Shown: piece after piece, positions 1 through 13,200 of the stretch
How positions within the stretch are numbered: position 1 is the first letter of the stretch
Layout of the letters: every line of letters starts with the position of its first letter
Assembly (NCBI GenBank): GCA_977018835.1
Contig: OZ361258.1
Location: 4,154,001 to 4,218,000, forward strand
Direction: 5' to 3'
DNA length: 64,000 nucleotides
From: Minutocellus sp. GHC0000111
Lineage: Eukaryota
The notes under the pieces: model-generated
What the model was told of the DNA's origin: nothing
Database searches by the model: none
Seen by the model: only the letters and a program-made list of their open reading frames with translations
Program-made: the position numbers and the translations under genes

Positions 1-735
1 CTCTCGATTGACTTTTCTGATGACGAAGAGGGGGGTGGAACAGAAAGTGTTGCGTCTGACGATAATGATAGCGATGATGACAGCATGAGCTTTGCCGAAA
101 GCGACTGCACCCCGGTCGATGATGCAGGCGATATCCTAAAGCGGCTCCAGAGTGTCGAAATTACCAAGGAAATGAAGTGGAGCGAGAAGGCCGACCTCGT
201 TGTTCGATTGGGAAAGGTTCTCGCGGAAGAAGATTCACCAAAAGGACAATGTTCCGCAGCTCTCAAGGTCATCCAGGATGTCCTCGGTGGCAAAAATGTA
301 AATGTCCACGTCCTCCGAGCATCGGTAGAAGCAGCTGGGAATATTGGCGAGCGCTTGGGCAATGAGCTTGTATCAGAAGTATCGTGGCGCCCAATCATGT
401 TGAACATGTTGAGACTCCTATCCTCGAAACAGGGCAGCGCCGTGGCCAAGCTAAACCTTGAGCGACTTCATGGTTTGGGGTAAAGTCTTACCAACTCGTT
501 GGTTTGCATATCTCACGCACTTGGACTTGGCAAGGAGACGGGAGGAGGGCGAAGGAACAAGGCCGCTGCAAGTCGAGCGGCAAATGCTCTCAAGACGGCC
601 AACAATGTCGACGTTGTGGAATGGTTGGACCAGCGGGTTGAGGCTGAGCGTCACATGCATGACCTTGAGCCAAAGGCGGACAAGGGTACCCTGGAGACAC
701 TGGCAAGATTTTTCCTCTCGCATGTGCGGAAGTGA
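1..735 (+). pseudogene. 3' part of a TOG/HEAT-repeat (CLASP/XMAP215-like) gene with an in-frame stop
   Basis: Frame 1 is open from base 1. ORFs 85..483 and 499..735 share a frame and are separated by one TAA (481-483). KWSEK...DVLGGKNVNVHVLRAS resembles a TOG HEAT repeat. The 5' end lies outside the window. Confidence 0.45.
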
Positions 736-853
736 TTCGATACGACGTACCGGTATAATTCCAATGAAATAAATTCTTGTATATTGACTTTTCATCATGC
801 ATGTAGGTGAGCATCTCTTACGTTATCGCGTATTCTATTGTAGCATACCACGC

Positions 854-2449
854 TTATTGCGATATGGACTCGTCGATATCGCGAAAGTTTTTGTAAAAGG
901 ATCGGAACAACGCCAGCCCATGAGAAAGATCGGCGACTCCCATCGTTTCTCGGATGCTGTGCATCGAAAGCTGTGGGCACCCCATATCAATGGCACGGAT
1001 CCCGGTGGCTGTCGAAATGATGGGGCCGATGGTCGAGCCACAACCGCAGTCATTGCGTACTACAAACTCCTGAATAGGCGGCAATCCTGCCAAACGAGCT
1101 GCCTCGCGAACAATAAGGCCGGTAATCCCATTGGTAGCATACCGTTGGTTGGCATTCCTCTTGATGACCATGCCCTGGTTCATCTTGGGCATGTGTCCCT
1201 TTTCATGCTTACTCGCATAATTGGGGTGCACAGCGTGTGCCTGATCTACACTCAACACAAAGCTCTTGGCCAATGCCGACGCATAGAGATCGGGATTAGT
1301 CTCACCGGCGTTGAGGGCACTGGAAATGCGCTGCACGGCCTCACCCATAATTGGACTACCGGCGCCGGTAATACTGGAACTACCGACCTCTTCGTGGTCA
1401 AACAGAGCAATGAGCGATATGTCCTCGTCAGTCTCCAGACCAGATCCATCGACGTGCTCGACCAAGCCACGGAGAGCCAGGAAACAGCTGGCAAGATTAT
1501 CGAGCCTGGCCGAGTGAAGGAACTCTGACCGAGCACCGCCCAACGAGGCCTGCTGGATGTCGTAAAGATTCAATTCAAAGTCGGCAATGTCTGCCTTGTC
1601 GACATTCAATTCCGACGCAATCATATCGAGAAGCATTGGTTCTTGGTATTCCACCCATCCATCCTTTTCAACTCCATCGCCCTTTTTGGCGTTGTTGTTG
1701 CCTTCCTCGTCGCCACCACCATTACTACTGCCGCTGAGTGCCTTCTTCACCTCCATGGCCAAGATGGGTTGCAGATGATCTTCCTTGTTGATGGCAAACG
1801 CCTCCCGTTCCTTGGCCATCTGCAGATGAATGGCAAGGTTAGGAATCCTCACGACGGCCCGGTCGATCTTGAGCAGCCGCTGCTCAATCCTGCCGCTCCC
1901 GGCGTGCCGGACCATGACCCGCCCGGAAAGGCCCAGATCGCGATCGAACCACGTATTCCACAGCCCACCGCCGTAGCACTCGACGGCCAGCTGGACGGTG
2001 CCGCTGCCCCCGTGACGCTTGCTGCGGGGCTTGATTTTGAGATTGGGCGAATCGGTGTGTCCGCCAATAATCTTGAATCCGTTGCCTGGCTCGTACTTTC
2101 CCCCCACGGCAAATGCCACGATGGTGCTCTTGTTTTTCGTGAAGTAGTACTTGCCCCCGGGCACCACCTTGTCCGCGTAGGGCGAGGCCTCGTCCAGCTC
2201 TTGGAAGCCGGCCCGTTCCAGTTCCTTGGCGGTCGTGTCGACGACGTGGTAGGGATCCGGGCTCGAGTCGAGATAAGTGCAGCACTGTTGCGCGAGGGGC
2301 AGATGATCCGGGATGGAGGTGAGGGGGGGCATGGAAATTCCCCCCGCCTTCTTGGAGGAGGCGGCAAAGGCCAGAGTTGGGACGGGTGCCGTGGCGACCA
2401 GCAATAGGCCGAGGCTGAGGCCGACGAGGCCACTGGGAAGAAGCTTCAT
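854..2449 (-). CDS. DNPEP: Aspartyl aminopeptidase (peptidase M18), with signal peptide and possible plastid presequence
   Basis: Motifs GGHTDSP, YGGGLWNTWFDRDL, RLDNL, FDHEEVGS, DQAHAVHPNY, CGSTIGP, QLSMHSIRE. Likely ATG at 2449 (MKLL), followed by a hydrophobic leader ending TLA-FAA. Confidence 0.95.
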   Translation of the reverse strand: MKLLPSGLVGLSLGLLLVATAPVPTLAFAASSKKAGGISMPPLTSIPDHLPLAQQCCTYLDSSPDPYHVVDTTAKELERAGFQELDEASPYADKVVPGGKYYFTKNKSTIVAFAVGGKYEPGNGFKIIGGHTDSPNLKIKPRSKRHGGSGTVQLAVECYGGGLWNTWFDRDLGLSGRVMVRHAGSGRIEQRLLKIDRAVVRIPNLAIHLQMAKEREAFAINKEDHLQPILAMEVKKALSGSSNGGGDEEGNNNAKKGDGVEKDGWVEYQEPMLLDMIASELNVDKADIADFELNLYDIQQASLGGARSEFLHSARLDNLASCFLALRGLVEHVDGSGLETDEDISLIALFDHEEVGSSSITGAGSPIMGEAVQRISSALNAGETNPDLYASALAKSFVLSVDQAHAVHPNYASKHEKGHMPKMNQGMVIKRNANQRYATNGITGLIVREAARLAGLPPIQEFVVRNDCGCGSTIGPIISTATGIRAIDMGCPQLSMHSIRETMGVADLSHGLALFRSFYKNFRDIDESISQ

Positions 2450-2769
2450 GTTAGGAATGGGAAACAAATGCACAAAGAAGCAACAGACTGTACTATGAGA
2501 GGCGGGTTAAGATACACCGCTGGCTCTTCCCTTTCGCCGCTTGCCATGAAATGATACGACGACAATCGTCATCGTCAGCCGCTGTCGGCGAAGTTGTCGA
2601 CGTCTGAATTCGGTCCGTCCTCCGCCCGTCTCACACAAGCAACAGGCAGGATGTCATGTGCTCAAAACTTTTATGAGAGCCGGTATCTTCTTCATCTTTG
2701 CTTCGTCGTCTCCCTTACCCGACATTGCTACACCTGCACCTACACCAGCTAAACAATTAGCAAGCAGCA

Positions 2770-3992
2770 ATGGCCACCTTCGGAGCGCCCGCCCCAGCAG
2801 CCGGCGGAGCCAACACCATGGCGGCCCCGACCGATCACAACGTCCAGTCCGCCGGTACCGACGGCATCTCCAGCCTCACTTGGAGCCCGACCGCCAACAT
2901 CCTCGTTAGTACCAACTGGGACGGCGGCGTCCGGTGTTGGGAGGCCCAGGAGCAGGGCGGCCAGTGCCGCGCCTTGCCCAAGGCGCAGGGTGAGTGAAGT
3001 TGGTGGTTGTCTTGTCGTTTGCCTATTTCCAGACACGTGCCCAACTTACTGCCCTTCAAACTGCATTTATTGCGTTATCCTTTCTCTCCTCACACCGTAT
3101 TCATTATGCATTTCTCCCCATTTACTCTTCACACAAAACAGTCAATCACGAAAACCAGGCCCCGGCTCTGTGCTCGGCCTTCTCGGCCGACGGCAACACC
3201 GTCTTCACCGGCGGCGCCGACAAGGCCGTCCGCATGTGGCAGCTCGGCCAGCAACCCGCCAACGGCGTGCCGCAGCAGATTGGCGCCCACGACGCCCCCG
3301 TGCGGAACGTCGGATATCTTCCCACCAGCAACATGATCGTGAGCGGCGGGTGGGACAAGAAGCTCAAATTCTGGGACGGGCGCAGCCCCAACGCCGCCAT
3401 GACACTGGAATTGCCCGAGCGGTGCTACGCTCTGGACGTGCGCGGCAATCTCATGGTGGTGGCCACGGCCGGACGACACATTATTGCGTACGATGTGTCG
3501 GGCACGCCTCGGGAGCACAGCCGGAAGGAAAGTCCGCTGAAATTTCAGTCTCGGTGCATCGCGGCCTTTCCCGACATGACGGGCTTCGCCGTCGGCAGCA
3601 TCGAGGGACGGGTGGGCATCCACTACCTGCAAAAGGTCCCCGGCAAGGATTCCTTCGTCTTCAAGTGTCACCGCCAACAGCAGGACGTGTACAGCGTCAA
3701 CGCCATCGCCTTCCATCCGTACGGGACCTTTGCCACCGTCGGTGGGGACGGGGTGGTCAACTTTTGGGACAAGGACAACAAGCAGCGTCTCAAGGGATTT
3801 CCGGCCATCAACCGGGAGATACCGTGCGCCGCCTTCAATGCCCAGGGCAACATCTTTGCCTATGCCAGCTCGTACGACTGGTCCAAGGGCAGCCAGTTCG
3901 GGGCGCCCAACTCGCCCAACGAGATCTTTTTGCACTACGTCGTCGAGGACGAGATCAAGCCCAAGGGGAAGAAGACCGGGTCGAGGAGGTAG
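2770..3992 (+). CDS. RAE1: mRNA export factor RAE1/Gle2 (WD40); exons 2770-2989 and 3142-3992
   Basis: GTGAGT...CAG intron 2990-3141 restores the frame (AQ-VNHE). Motifs GSIEGRV, FKCHR, FWDKD, YDWSKG, ESPLKFQSR. Confidence 0.93.
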
Positions 3993-4560
3993 AGTCTAGC
4001 TAGATTTTGATTTTATTGCTGCGTGGTACCATCGGATCACTTGTGCGGGGATCGATCGGGAAGGTCGGGCCCGTAATAAAATCTGTATTGAGCTTTGATT
4101 CGATCGGGCTGGTCCGTAGAGAGTAGATTAACAGCATAGTCTATCAATTGTCATATATAAGCAACCAAAGCAAGGCATGTGCGAATGTGTCGTACAATAT
4201 CATTACATGTACATGTATTTATTTCCGGCTGGCTTTGCTTGTTCTACTTTCTTCGCTTCCCATCTGCTGATCTACTGATTATGCCGATCCTATAAACGTC
4301 TATGTAGAAAATTGTTATACATGTAAAAAGTGGATGGAAGGAACATCGCGCCGCCGCTCGAAAAAATGAGCCCAGAAGCCGTCAGTCCGTCGTCTCTATT
4401 CTGCCACCTACAGTCAATTAATAGGACCTACGTAGATGAAAAATGGGCCATCGGAGATGTCGTTGGCCCATGGATCAACGGTCAGGAGAGGGCACTGAGT
4501 CAGTGGTCTGACCACCGTACGTACCGTACGTATGTATACGTACGTACGTATCCCACGGTA

Positions 4561-4678
4561 TCAACACACCCTCGCAGATCAATGACTAGTGCCGCCATTG
4601 AATCTACATGTAGAGTCCTAATTGGAATCTACATGTAGATTCAATGGCACTAGTCATTGATCTGCGAGGGTGTGTTGA
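4561..4678. repeat. Long inverted repeat / hairpin (MITE-like or foldback)
   Basis: TCAACACACCCTCGCAGATCAATGACTAGTGCC (4561-4593) is the exact reverse complement of 4646-4678. Inner arms GCCATTGAATCTACATGTAGA extend the stem after a 3-nt bulge. Confidence 0.85.
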
Positions 4679-5108
4679 ATCCTCCTGAGGAGGAGATGAG
4701 ACAGCTAGCTTACTTTCCTGTGGGTGAAGAAACACAGAGCCATTCCTGTCATTTTGGAAGGGTGTTGTGGATCATGCCAAAAAAGGACAGATGTGCGGCC
4801 TGTAGACCAACTACTATAGTAAGCTACCTGCCACCCTATCAGCCTTCAAGCCCTTGTCCATGGGAGGCATTGTGCAAGTGGAACGACCTCCAAATTCCAT
4901 CTGGTTCATGAGCTGTCGGAGATTTGGTCCCGATTTTTGGTCGAAATCGGGACTAAAAGCTTCACCCACCATCACTTGATACATGTACCTAGGTACATGG
5001 TAAATAAAATGTAAACCAACATCCCCACTCGTACCTAGGCCTAGGTACCTAGGCCTAGGTACCTAGGTACTCATCACCGTCCAAACAAAAACCAAATCAA
5101 TAAATGAA

Positions 5109-8100
5109 ATGGATCACCACGCCAAACAGCATCGGCCAACGAGCACCACTTCCAACACCACCAACAACCCCACCAACAACACCACCAACAACACCAGCAC
5201 CGACATGCTCGTTTCCAAAACCGACGTCCGACCCCTCGACGTCCTCATGGGACGAGGACACTTCCACCACGGGGGCAACTCCCGCTTCCTCCGGATCGTC
5301 GCCGAGCGCAAGGACGAGTACGTGCGGGAGAAGAACTACGCCGAGAAGGAACGGATCGCCCGGGAGGTGATGGAGTGCGTGTACGATCCCACCTACAGGG
5401 GTTGGGACGGCGGCCATCCTGGCGGTGGATTGGACGACGGCGGAACCAATACCTGTACCACCAATGCCACTCATCTGCCCGGACGGTTCCTGCAGGTCGA
5501 GCCCGGCGCCAAGTCCGAGTGCTACCGGATCATCAGCGGCAAGACCGTGCTGGACAAGCGGCAGAAGCCCAGGGGTGGGAGGGATGCCGCCTCGCGCGGT
5601 GGGCCGGGCGGCGGCGGCAATGCCAGTGCACGTGGCAATGGGGCGGCGGGCAGCGGCGGCGGAACGAAGCAGCCGAGGAGGAGACGGTCCAGCGCCAACA
5701 AGGGCAAGAGGCGGGCGGCGGACTCGTCTGCGGCTACAGCTACTGCTGCTACTGCTGCTGCTGCAACATCAACGGCAGGGACGCAATTGCACAGCAAGGA
5801 CAACCATGCAAGGTTGTCCCAACTCCGGACAGTTGATGATCAAGTCGGGCGCCCCGAGGAGCAGTATCTTCTGGCCGACATGCTGGACGGTGCATTGTTC
5901 TTGGACGAGGACGACTTGGACGATCTTCGGAACCTGGGTGACGATTCCGACGACAACGACGAGGACAATATTATCGATGGCTATGGCGATGGCGATGGCG
6001 AGGTCGATGTCGGTATCGGTGGCATGGGAGATTTCGATGCCGGTGGTGCCGGTGTCGGCCAAGGTGTCGGAGGAGGTTACCCCGGTGGGCCACCCGTAGC
6101 AAACGGTACGGCCAATGGTTCGGCGGCTGCGGCGGGAGGGATTCCTCCCATTCCCTCGCCGATTGGGATGCAACAGCAGCAGCAACAGCAGCAGCATGAG
6201 GCTCTACACGTACAACCCACGCTCAATGGAAACGCCGACGCCAGTGCATCGCCGCAGATCAGCATGCCAGCGCCCACCACCACGTCCACGGACGGCGAAG
6301 CCGCGAGACGGCAGCAGCTCCTCAGCAACGTGGCCATAGCGCACAGCCAGGCACGGACTCTAGTGATGGAGCACCAAGTGGCGGTTGGATCGGGGTCGGC
6401 CACTAGTACCGCGGCGGTACCCAACAGCCTCGAGGCCTTGGGGAGGGCCCTGTTCGCGTTCTTTGCCGGGGTCGACCCTGCCACGTTGCTGCAGAGTCCT
6501 CCTACCGCTGCTACTGCACATGCTGCTACTGCTGCCCAGGCCAATGAAGATGACGACGACGATACCTTCAGCGCTCAGCAACGACAAAGGAAACGAACGG
6601 GAATGGTCGGAGGTGGCGGCGGCGCCATCATTCAGCCGGACGGTACTCCGTCACCGTCACTTTCGGCGTCGACAAGCCCTGGCCCATCCGGTGCGCTGTC
6701 CGACAGGCTTCGCGACGCGGGTCTGACGGTAGCGCTGTGTACGGTCATCACCTCTCTGGTGGACGCCACGGACCCGGCCGCGTCGGACCGGTACCTTTCT
6801 TCCGTCGATGCAGAGGCCGACCTTGGCAGGATGATTTCCAACCCCGATCGGTACCTGTGGGACCCGCCAATTGACCGGCACAGTGGCACTCTCTACTTCG
6901 AGCCCAATCGACTGTACGGCCGAACTCAACAGTGGGAGCAGGTTAGGTCGGCATTCGACAAAATTATCGTAACGCAGGAAGAGACGCACGGATATCTGCT
7001 CATCAGCGGCCCTCCCGGCAGCGGCAAGATGGCGCTGGTGGAGAAGCTCCGAGATTCGCTCGCCGAGCGACGGGGGATGGTCGTTTGGATCAAGTTCGAT
7101 TCGCAGCAGCAGGAGAGTCCCATGACCAACATCTGCCGTGGCCTCGACGAGTACTTCCAGCGTTTGATGCAAGGGGACGTCAACCTTTTGGCAGAAATTG
7201 GGAGTGCCCTGAAGGAGATGTTGGGGCCGAGCATGGCCGTGCTGAAGGATTTGATGCCCACCCTCGGCATTGTTGTTGGAGGTTGGCCGGAATCGTCTTC
7301 TAATACGGACAGAAGGGAGACATACAACTTGATCCTGCACTGTCTCAAGAAACTTCTCAATGTCATAGCCCATCCATCGCACCCAGTCGTTGTTCTGTTT
7401 GATGATTTGCAGTGGTCCGACGCGGCCAGTCAAGAAATTATTCGCATGCTGGTGACCGACGAGGAGTCCAAGGCAGCCATGTTTATTGGTTGTTACAGAG
7501 ACAATGAAGTTGACGAGAACCATCCAGTGGCCGAAAATGTCGGTGCCATTTTGATGTCGGTGGTACCCTTGGCTACGATTACCCTGAGAAATCTTGACAA
7601 GGAGAGTGTAAACGATTTGTGCAGTGACGTATTGCACTTATCGCCTCGCCTCACTCGCCCTCTCGCCGACGCCCTTCACTCCAAAACGTCGGGCAACCCC
7701 ATGTTTGTTCGGCAGCTCATGCGGTCGCTTTACGAAGAAGGACTATTGCAGAACTCCGCCTCTGAGCGGCGTTGGAGATGGGACATTAGTGGAATTTGCA
7801 CCAAGGCAGTTGCCGACAACGCGGTCGATTTGCTTATTGCAATGATGCGTTCGTATGGTCCCGAAGTGAGGTGGTTACTGCGAGTGGCCTCTTGTCTAGG
7901 ATTTCGGTTTGATCTGACGGCAATTACTCTTCTGGCATCTGCATCCGACGATTTATTTTCCAGTGCTGCTGAGATATCTACCCACATTGAAACAGTCATT
8001 GCAGATGGATTACTCTCAAAGGATGGGGCCGATGCTTATCGATTCTCTCACGATCAGATCTGGCTAGCAGCTTATTCTCTCACGCCTGAGGCTGAGCGGA

Positions 8101-10044
8101 GTAATGTGCATTTGCTCGTAGGGCGGCAGCTGCACCAAAAGGCATTAGATGGTGGATACGATGATGCCTTCGTTTTCACCGTGGCCGATCAGCTCAATAG
8201 AGGTATTGGTTCCGTTGCAAATCATGCTGAAGAATTGGAGATTGCTGAAGTAAACCTCAGAGCCGGGGAGAAGGCCCTATCGGCTTACCTTTTCCAACCT
8301 GCTTCGACATATCTGCTTCAAGGGTCAGCATTACTAAGGCCAGAAGATTGGAATACAGAATATTCCCTATGTGTTCATCTCTTTTCTGCCTGCGCCGAAG
8401 CCCAATTAGCCCAGGGGAGGTAAGTACTTTGATTGGGGCAATTTTAGTGCTCGATCAAATCTTGCCGTCTTATTCTCCCTAATTTCATCCTTTTATCCCA
8501 CCTTATTCAGCAACGATGCCGCTGCCGAGGCGGTTGCCCCGGTACTTGCAAATGCCAGGACTACCGACGATAGAATACGAGCTCGTGAAGTCCAAATTCT
8601 CTCCAACATCGCCCAAACAAAGTTCCAAGACGCCATCCACAATAGTCTGTCAATTCTTCAAGAGCTTGGCATCGACTTCTCAAACGCAGACCCAGCAGCA
8701 ATGAAAGTTGAACTCGCAAAGACGCAATCATTGTTTGAATCCAGCGCAAGTAATGGCCAGAGCCTCCTTCAAACCATCCTCGCAAAACCAACATCCACCA
8801 ATAAGCGACAGATTGGGCTAATGCGCATTCTTTGCTGTGGATCTAGAGCCGCTTATGTAGCCAAGCCGCCGCTGATGCTTTTTATTGTCCTGCGCATGGT
8901 CCAGATGACTCTAGTTGACGACGCCATCACCGCAGAGTCATCGTACGCATTCGCAGCCCTTTCCTTTGCTATGTCTGGGTTGGGCAATCACGATCTATCG
9001 CATATGGCGTCCAAGATCGCTTCCGCATTGGACAATAGGTTTCACAGGAAATATACGAACACCGTCGTTTGTCTGCTAAACATGAGTATTTTGCCGCATC
9101 GCCAGCCTATCCAGGCATGCATTGAGTCTTTCCGGCAGAGTTACAAGGACGCTTGTTCGGTAGGCGACCGCGATTGGGCCCGCATATCAATCAATCAGAT
9201 TAGTCAAATGGCCATTGGAGCACCAGAACGAGGGAAATCGCTGGACGATGTAGAAAAAGAAATCCGTTACGTCCTGACGGGCTTTTCAACCCAAGAAGAG
9301 GGCCTGACGAATAATCTTATTTTATCGGTCCTTTACCTCCAAATGCTCCTCAACTTGAAAGAAGAAAGTCCCGCCGGCGCAACGAATGTGGATGATCCAA
9401 CAGTCCTTACTGGGACGGCCATGAATCAAGAGGAGTACTTAAAACTCTGCGAAGAGGAAGGAGTGCGTGACTATTTTCGGAGATTTTACTGCTGCCGGCT
9501 ATATCTTGCCTACTTGTTCCACCAGCACAGCCTTGCGGAAGAAATGGTAACGAAGTGCGAGGAGGTGGCAAAATTAGCAAAGTTTTGTCCCTCTTTCGAA
9601 ATCATCACAGAGACCTTTTACATGGGCTTAATCGCAGCGGAAGCTCTTCAGCGACGAGTGGGCGGCGAATCAACGTCTGAAATGGAACGCTGGCAACAGC
9701 TTGCCATGAACTCTCTCAATCTGCTCACAAAGTGGGCCGAGGAGGGATCCGAATGGAACTTTCTTCACAAGGCCAATTTGCTCCGTGCTGAGATTGCTGT
9801 CGCTACGGGCGACTCTGATACGGCTATTTCGTCGTATCAGAGCGCGATAATATGTGCAGGTAAGAGCTGCTATGTCAACGAAGAGGCGCTCAGTTGCGAA
9901 AGAGCAGGTATTTTCCACGTGTCCCAGGGCAATGTGGAGGAAGCAAGGGCATGTCTGATTCGATCGCAATCGCTGTACAAGCTTTGGGGTGCCCAAAGGA
10001 AGTGTCTTGATGTATCTGAACTGATTGCCAACTACTGCTCATAA
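5109..10044 (+). CDS. DUF6824 + degenerate kinase remnant + STAND/AAA_16 ATPase + TPR-like helical protein; exons 5109-8419 and 8511-10044
   Basis: DVLMGRG...HGGNSRF (DUF6824). LYGR, SGPPGSGKM, VLFDDLQWSD, CYRDNEV, KTSGNPMF, RFSHDQI, WGAQRK match the ATPase/TPR part of bacterial Ser/Thr kinase-ATPase-sensor proteins. GTAAGT...TTCAG intron 8420-8510 joins the two ORFs in frame. Confidence 0.85.
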
Positions 10045-10227
10045 AATAGTTTTGTACGTACTTATTTGCAAGGTAGCTAGAGTAATTATTCGTGGTGCGC
10101 CCGAGCGATATTTTTGTGGTGTGCCATGAAACTCATGACAGCTATTTCTTGTTTGAGCGACTGGCTGCTTTGTTGGAGTTATCTCCCGGCTAGTCGCTAG
10201 AGTTGCCTACGTAACTACGTAGCTACT

Positions 10228-13200
10228 CTATATGCCGACGGTCTTCACTGGAGCGTCGTGGCCAAAGTCGCCGTCGTCGTAGTAGAAGTGATGATGATCA
10301 TCGTGGTGGTATGCCTCTGAGTCCAAGTGCTCGGCCTCGTCTCCGTCCAAGTCCAGATCAAATTCACCATCGTAGTCGATTTCTTCCTCCTCTTCCTCTT
10401 CACCGTCATGTTCTTCGCCTTCGGAGGACACTTCTGAGCCATCGTCGTCTTCCTTCTTGGTTTTCTTGTTCTTTCTCTTGCGGTAGCCCAGAGTCTTACC
10501 ACGCTTCTTCTCCCAAATGAAATCTATTTGCTCGAGCCTTTCGATGCGAGATTGCGGCAACTTCCCTTTTTTGTACGCCGATCGTTGCGTGGCAACCCAG
10601 ATGCCAAGCCTTTCTCCTTCTTCCTCGTGGCGCTGCATGACGTCGGCATGACCCTCTCTTTCGACAAATTGAAGGAGTAGCAGATAATACTGTTCCCATT
10701 GAGCTTCGAGAATCTCCCACTGAACGCCAAGAGAATTCAACGTTTCTTCAATTTGCGGATCGATTCTGCCATTGCGTTTGTCTTGCTTAAACTTGTCAAG
10801 CCAAGTCCCAAGCTTCTTCCCCTCTTCAATGTGTTTACTGGGCACGTTGATGTGACCTCGTTTGGCCTTGAATCTGAGCAAAAGGGCAAACATATCCTCA
10901 AAGCTGTCGCCAAGATCCCAGTCCCAACCAGGAAGCTGTTCCATTCGCCGGATTTGCTCTTCGGTGAGCCTTCCGTCGACCTTCTGCCGCTTCTGACGCC
11001 GAAGCCAGCGGTTCAAATATTCGCCGTCTTCCTGGTGGTCAGAGCGGACCCTCATGTGCCCCTCTCGAACTGCATATTGCACCGAAAGTGCGTAGAACTT
11101 CTCCCAAGATGTGTTGTGAGGATCCCAGTCGAATCCAGCATCATCAAGAAGCTTGATACGATCAGCTGATAGCCTTCCTTCCCTGAAATGCTTTCGCTGG
11201 ATAACTACCCATACCCCTAACTTTTTACCTTTTTCCAAGTGGGCTTGGTTGACCTTGGGATTGCCCTCTCGTGCGACGTATTGCTTGAAAAGTTCCAGAA
11301 ATTCACGCCATTGATCCTCAGAAGTGTCCCTGTGAATATGCCAAAAGATTGAAGGGGGAAATATGTTATGAGCGTGAAGACGATAATAATAGATCACTTC
11401 GAAGTTAGTTATGAACAAAAGTCAGATACAGCCAACTCACAATATCACGCCAACCTCGGCCAAACGTATTATATAGGTTTTGCCCAGCAACTTAAAGCGA
11501 TTCGTGAGTTTCATCGTTCGCAGCCAATCGCCCAGTTGTTCTCCTTCTTCGAGGTGATCTGAGGAAGGGTAAAGGTGCCCTTCCCGATCCCGAAATTTCT
11601 TCAACAGATCAAGCATGTACGTCCAGTGTTCTTCCTCTTGAGGGCTGAGATTATCGATTGGCGGCGGCGGCTCTTCGGGTGGCGGTGTGGGGGGCTCCTC
11701 AACGACAAACGTATGCGTCTTGGGCTGGCGCTGTACGACGGGAGTAGACTGTTTCCCGTTTGTTCCATTCCTCTTCCACGTTACTCCCAACTCTTCCATC
11801 AGGGCAACCCGTTCATCACCGAGGGTTCCCTTACGTCGCGACTGTCGCTGAGCGGCGAGCCATTGGCCAAGGCGTACCTCTCCAGAGCAGAACGCAGTGG
11901 GAACGTTGGCTGTTCCATACAGACGCTTGTATTCACGGAGCAGATCGAATTTGTCCTCCCACGGTGCATCGCGAGCAATATTGCGTTCCGGAAGGAGGGG
12001 TTCGTCGGCATGCAGTAAGCGAGCTTCGGCTCTTTTGCATCTTGGTCGTCCTCGCCCCTTCAACTTTGGCAGTGGTCGGCTCGCAGCGCGAATGACAGTG
12101 GTACTATTGCCGCTTTGTCCAGATGGCAATGATCGCCTTGTGCCACCGGCACTGTTGCTGTTTCCTCTCGACCGAGGTTCACGCTGGCCTCGCTTCCTCT
12201 TATTGCTGTTTTGCGAGGGTGCGGCATACATGGGATGGTCAGACGGTCTAGCTATCATTTCCCCTGCTGGACCAGCCGGCTCGACCAGTGCCGATGCCTC
12301 GGCAAGTGATGAAAGACCACCCGACGGCGCATGATGGTGATCCTGAGGCGTTGCAGACGGCGCTGTGGGATTTTGAGGTGCAGCCGAAGGTGCAACATTA
12401 TTCTGTTGGTTGCTGCCGTTCATCGGCGAAGTGTTGTAAAGATAGGGGTTATGATCAGGATCGTACTCGTTATCGAATGAATCGGCCATGGGGAAGAACC
12501 CTTCATCGTCATCGTGGTGGTGAGGGTGGTGGTGACGCTTTTCGAAGCTCGACTGGCCGTGGTGATTTTGCTGTTGGGGTTGATGATGTGCCGGTTCCGG
12601 TGCCGTTGCTGGAGCAGCTGCAGGCGGAAGGGCGGCATCGTTCTGAAAGTGGTGGGCGTTGCTGTTCCCAAGGCCAGTCGCTTGGGCCCGAGCGGCAATC
12701 GGAGATGGAGCAATCCGCCCGGTCGTATCGTCATTAATTTCGGCCCATGGCGCTCGGTATGGCTGATGGTAGTTGTATCGGGACGAGGAGGAAGGTGCAT
12801 GGCCATGCCCATGGCCATATCCACGATCGTTGTGGTCCACAAAGTCTGTCTTGCTCGGCTTGGAACTATCGACATCTCCTCCCGGGCCTTCATGGCGGTA
12901 TCCCTGGTCCGGTCCTGTATGCCCCGCCCTGGGAGCAACCGCACCGGGATGGTGAGGCTGCAGCCGTGGCTGCTCCTCGCGTCGCTGCTGCATCATATGC
13001 GCCGCCAACTCGGCCCCATGGTTGATCTCATCCTGCCCGACCTCCTCCCGTTTGACCGGCACGGACGACGATTCGCTTTTGATCTTCTTTGCCCTGGGCT
13101 TGGCATGGCCCTTGGCCGTTGTCTTGCCCTTTGTCTTGGCCTTGGCCGCATTATCGCCAGTCCCACCCCCCGAGGATTGCTTCTTGGTGGCATCTTTGTC

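Noticed and set aside
797..2433. Long overlapping ORFs around DNPEP, and similar ones such as 3129..3935, 6657..7637, 12514..14106, 14533..15654 and 54700..56217
   Set aside because: Antisense or alternate-frame shadows of GC-rich real genes; no independent motifs.
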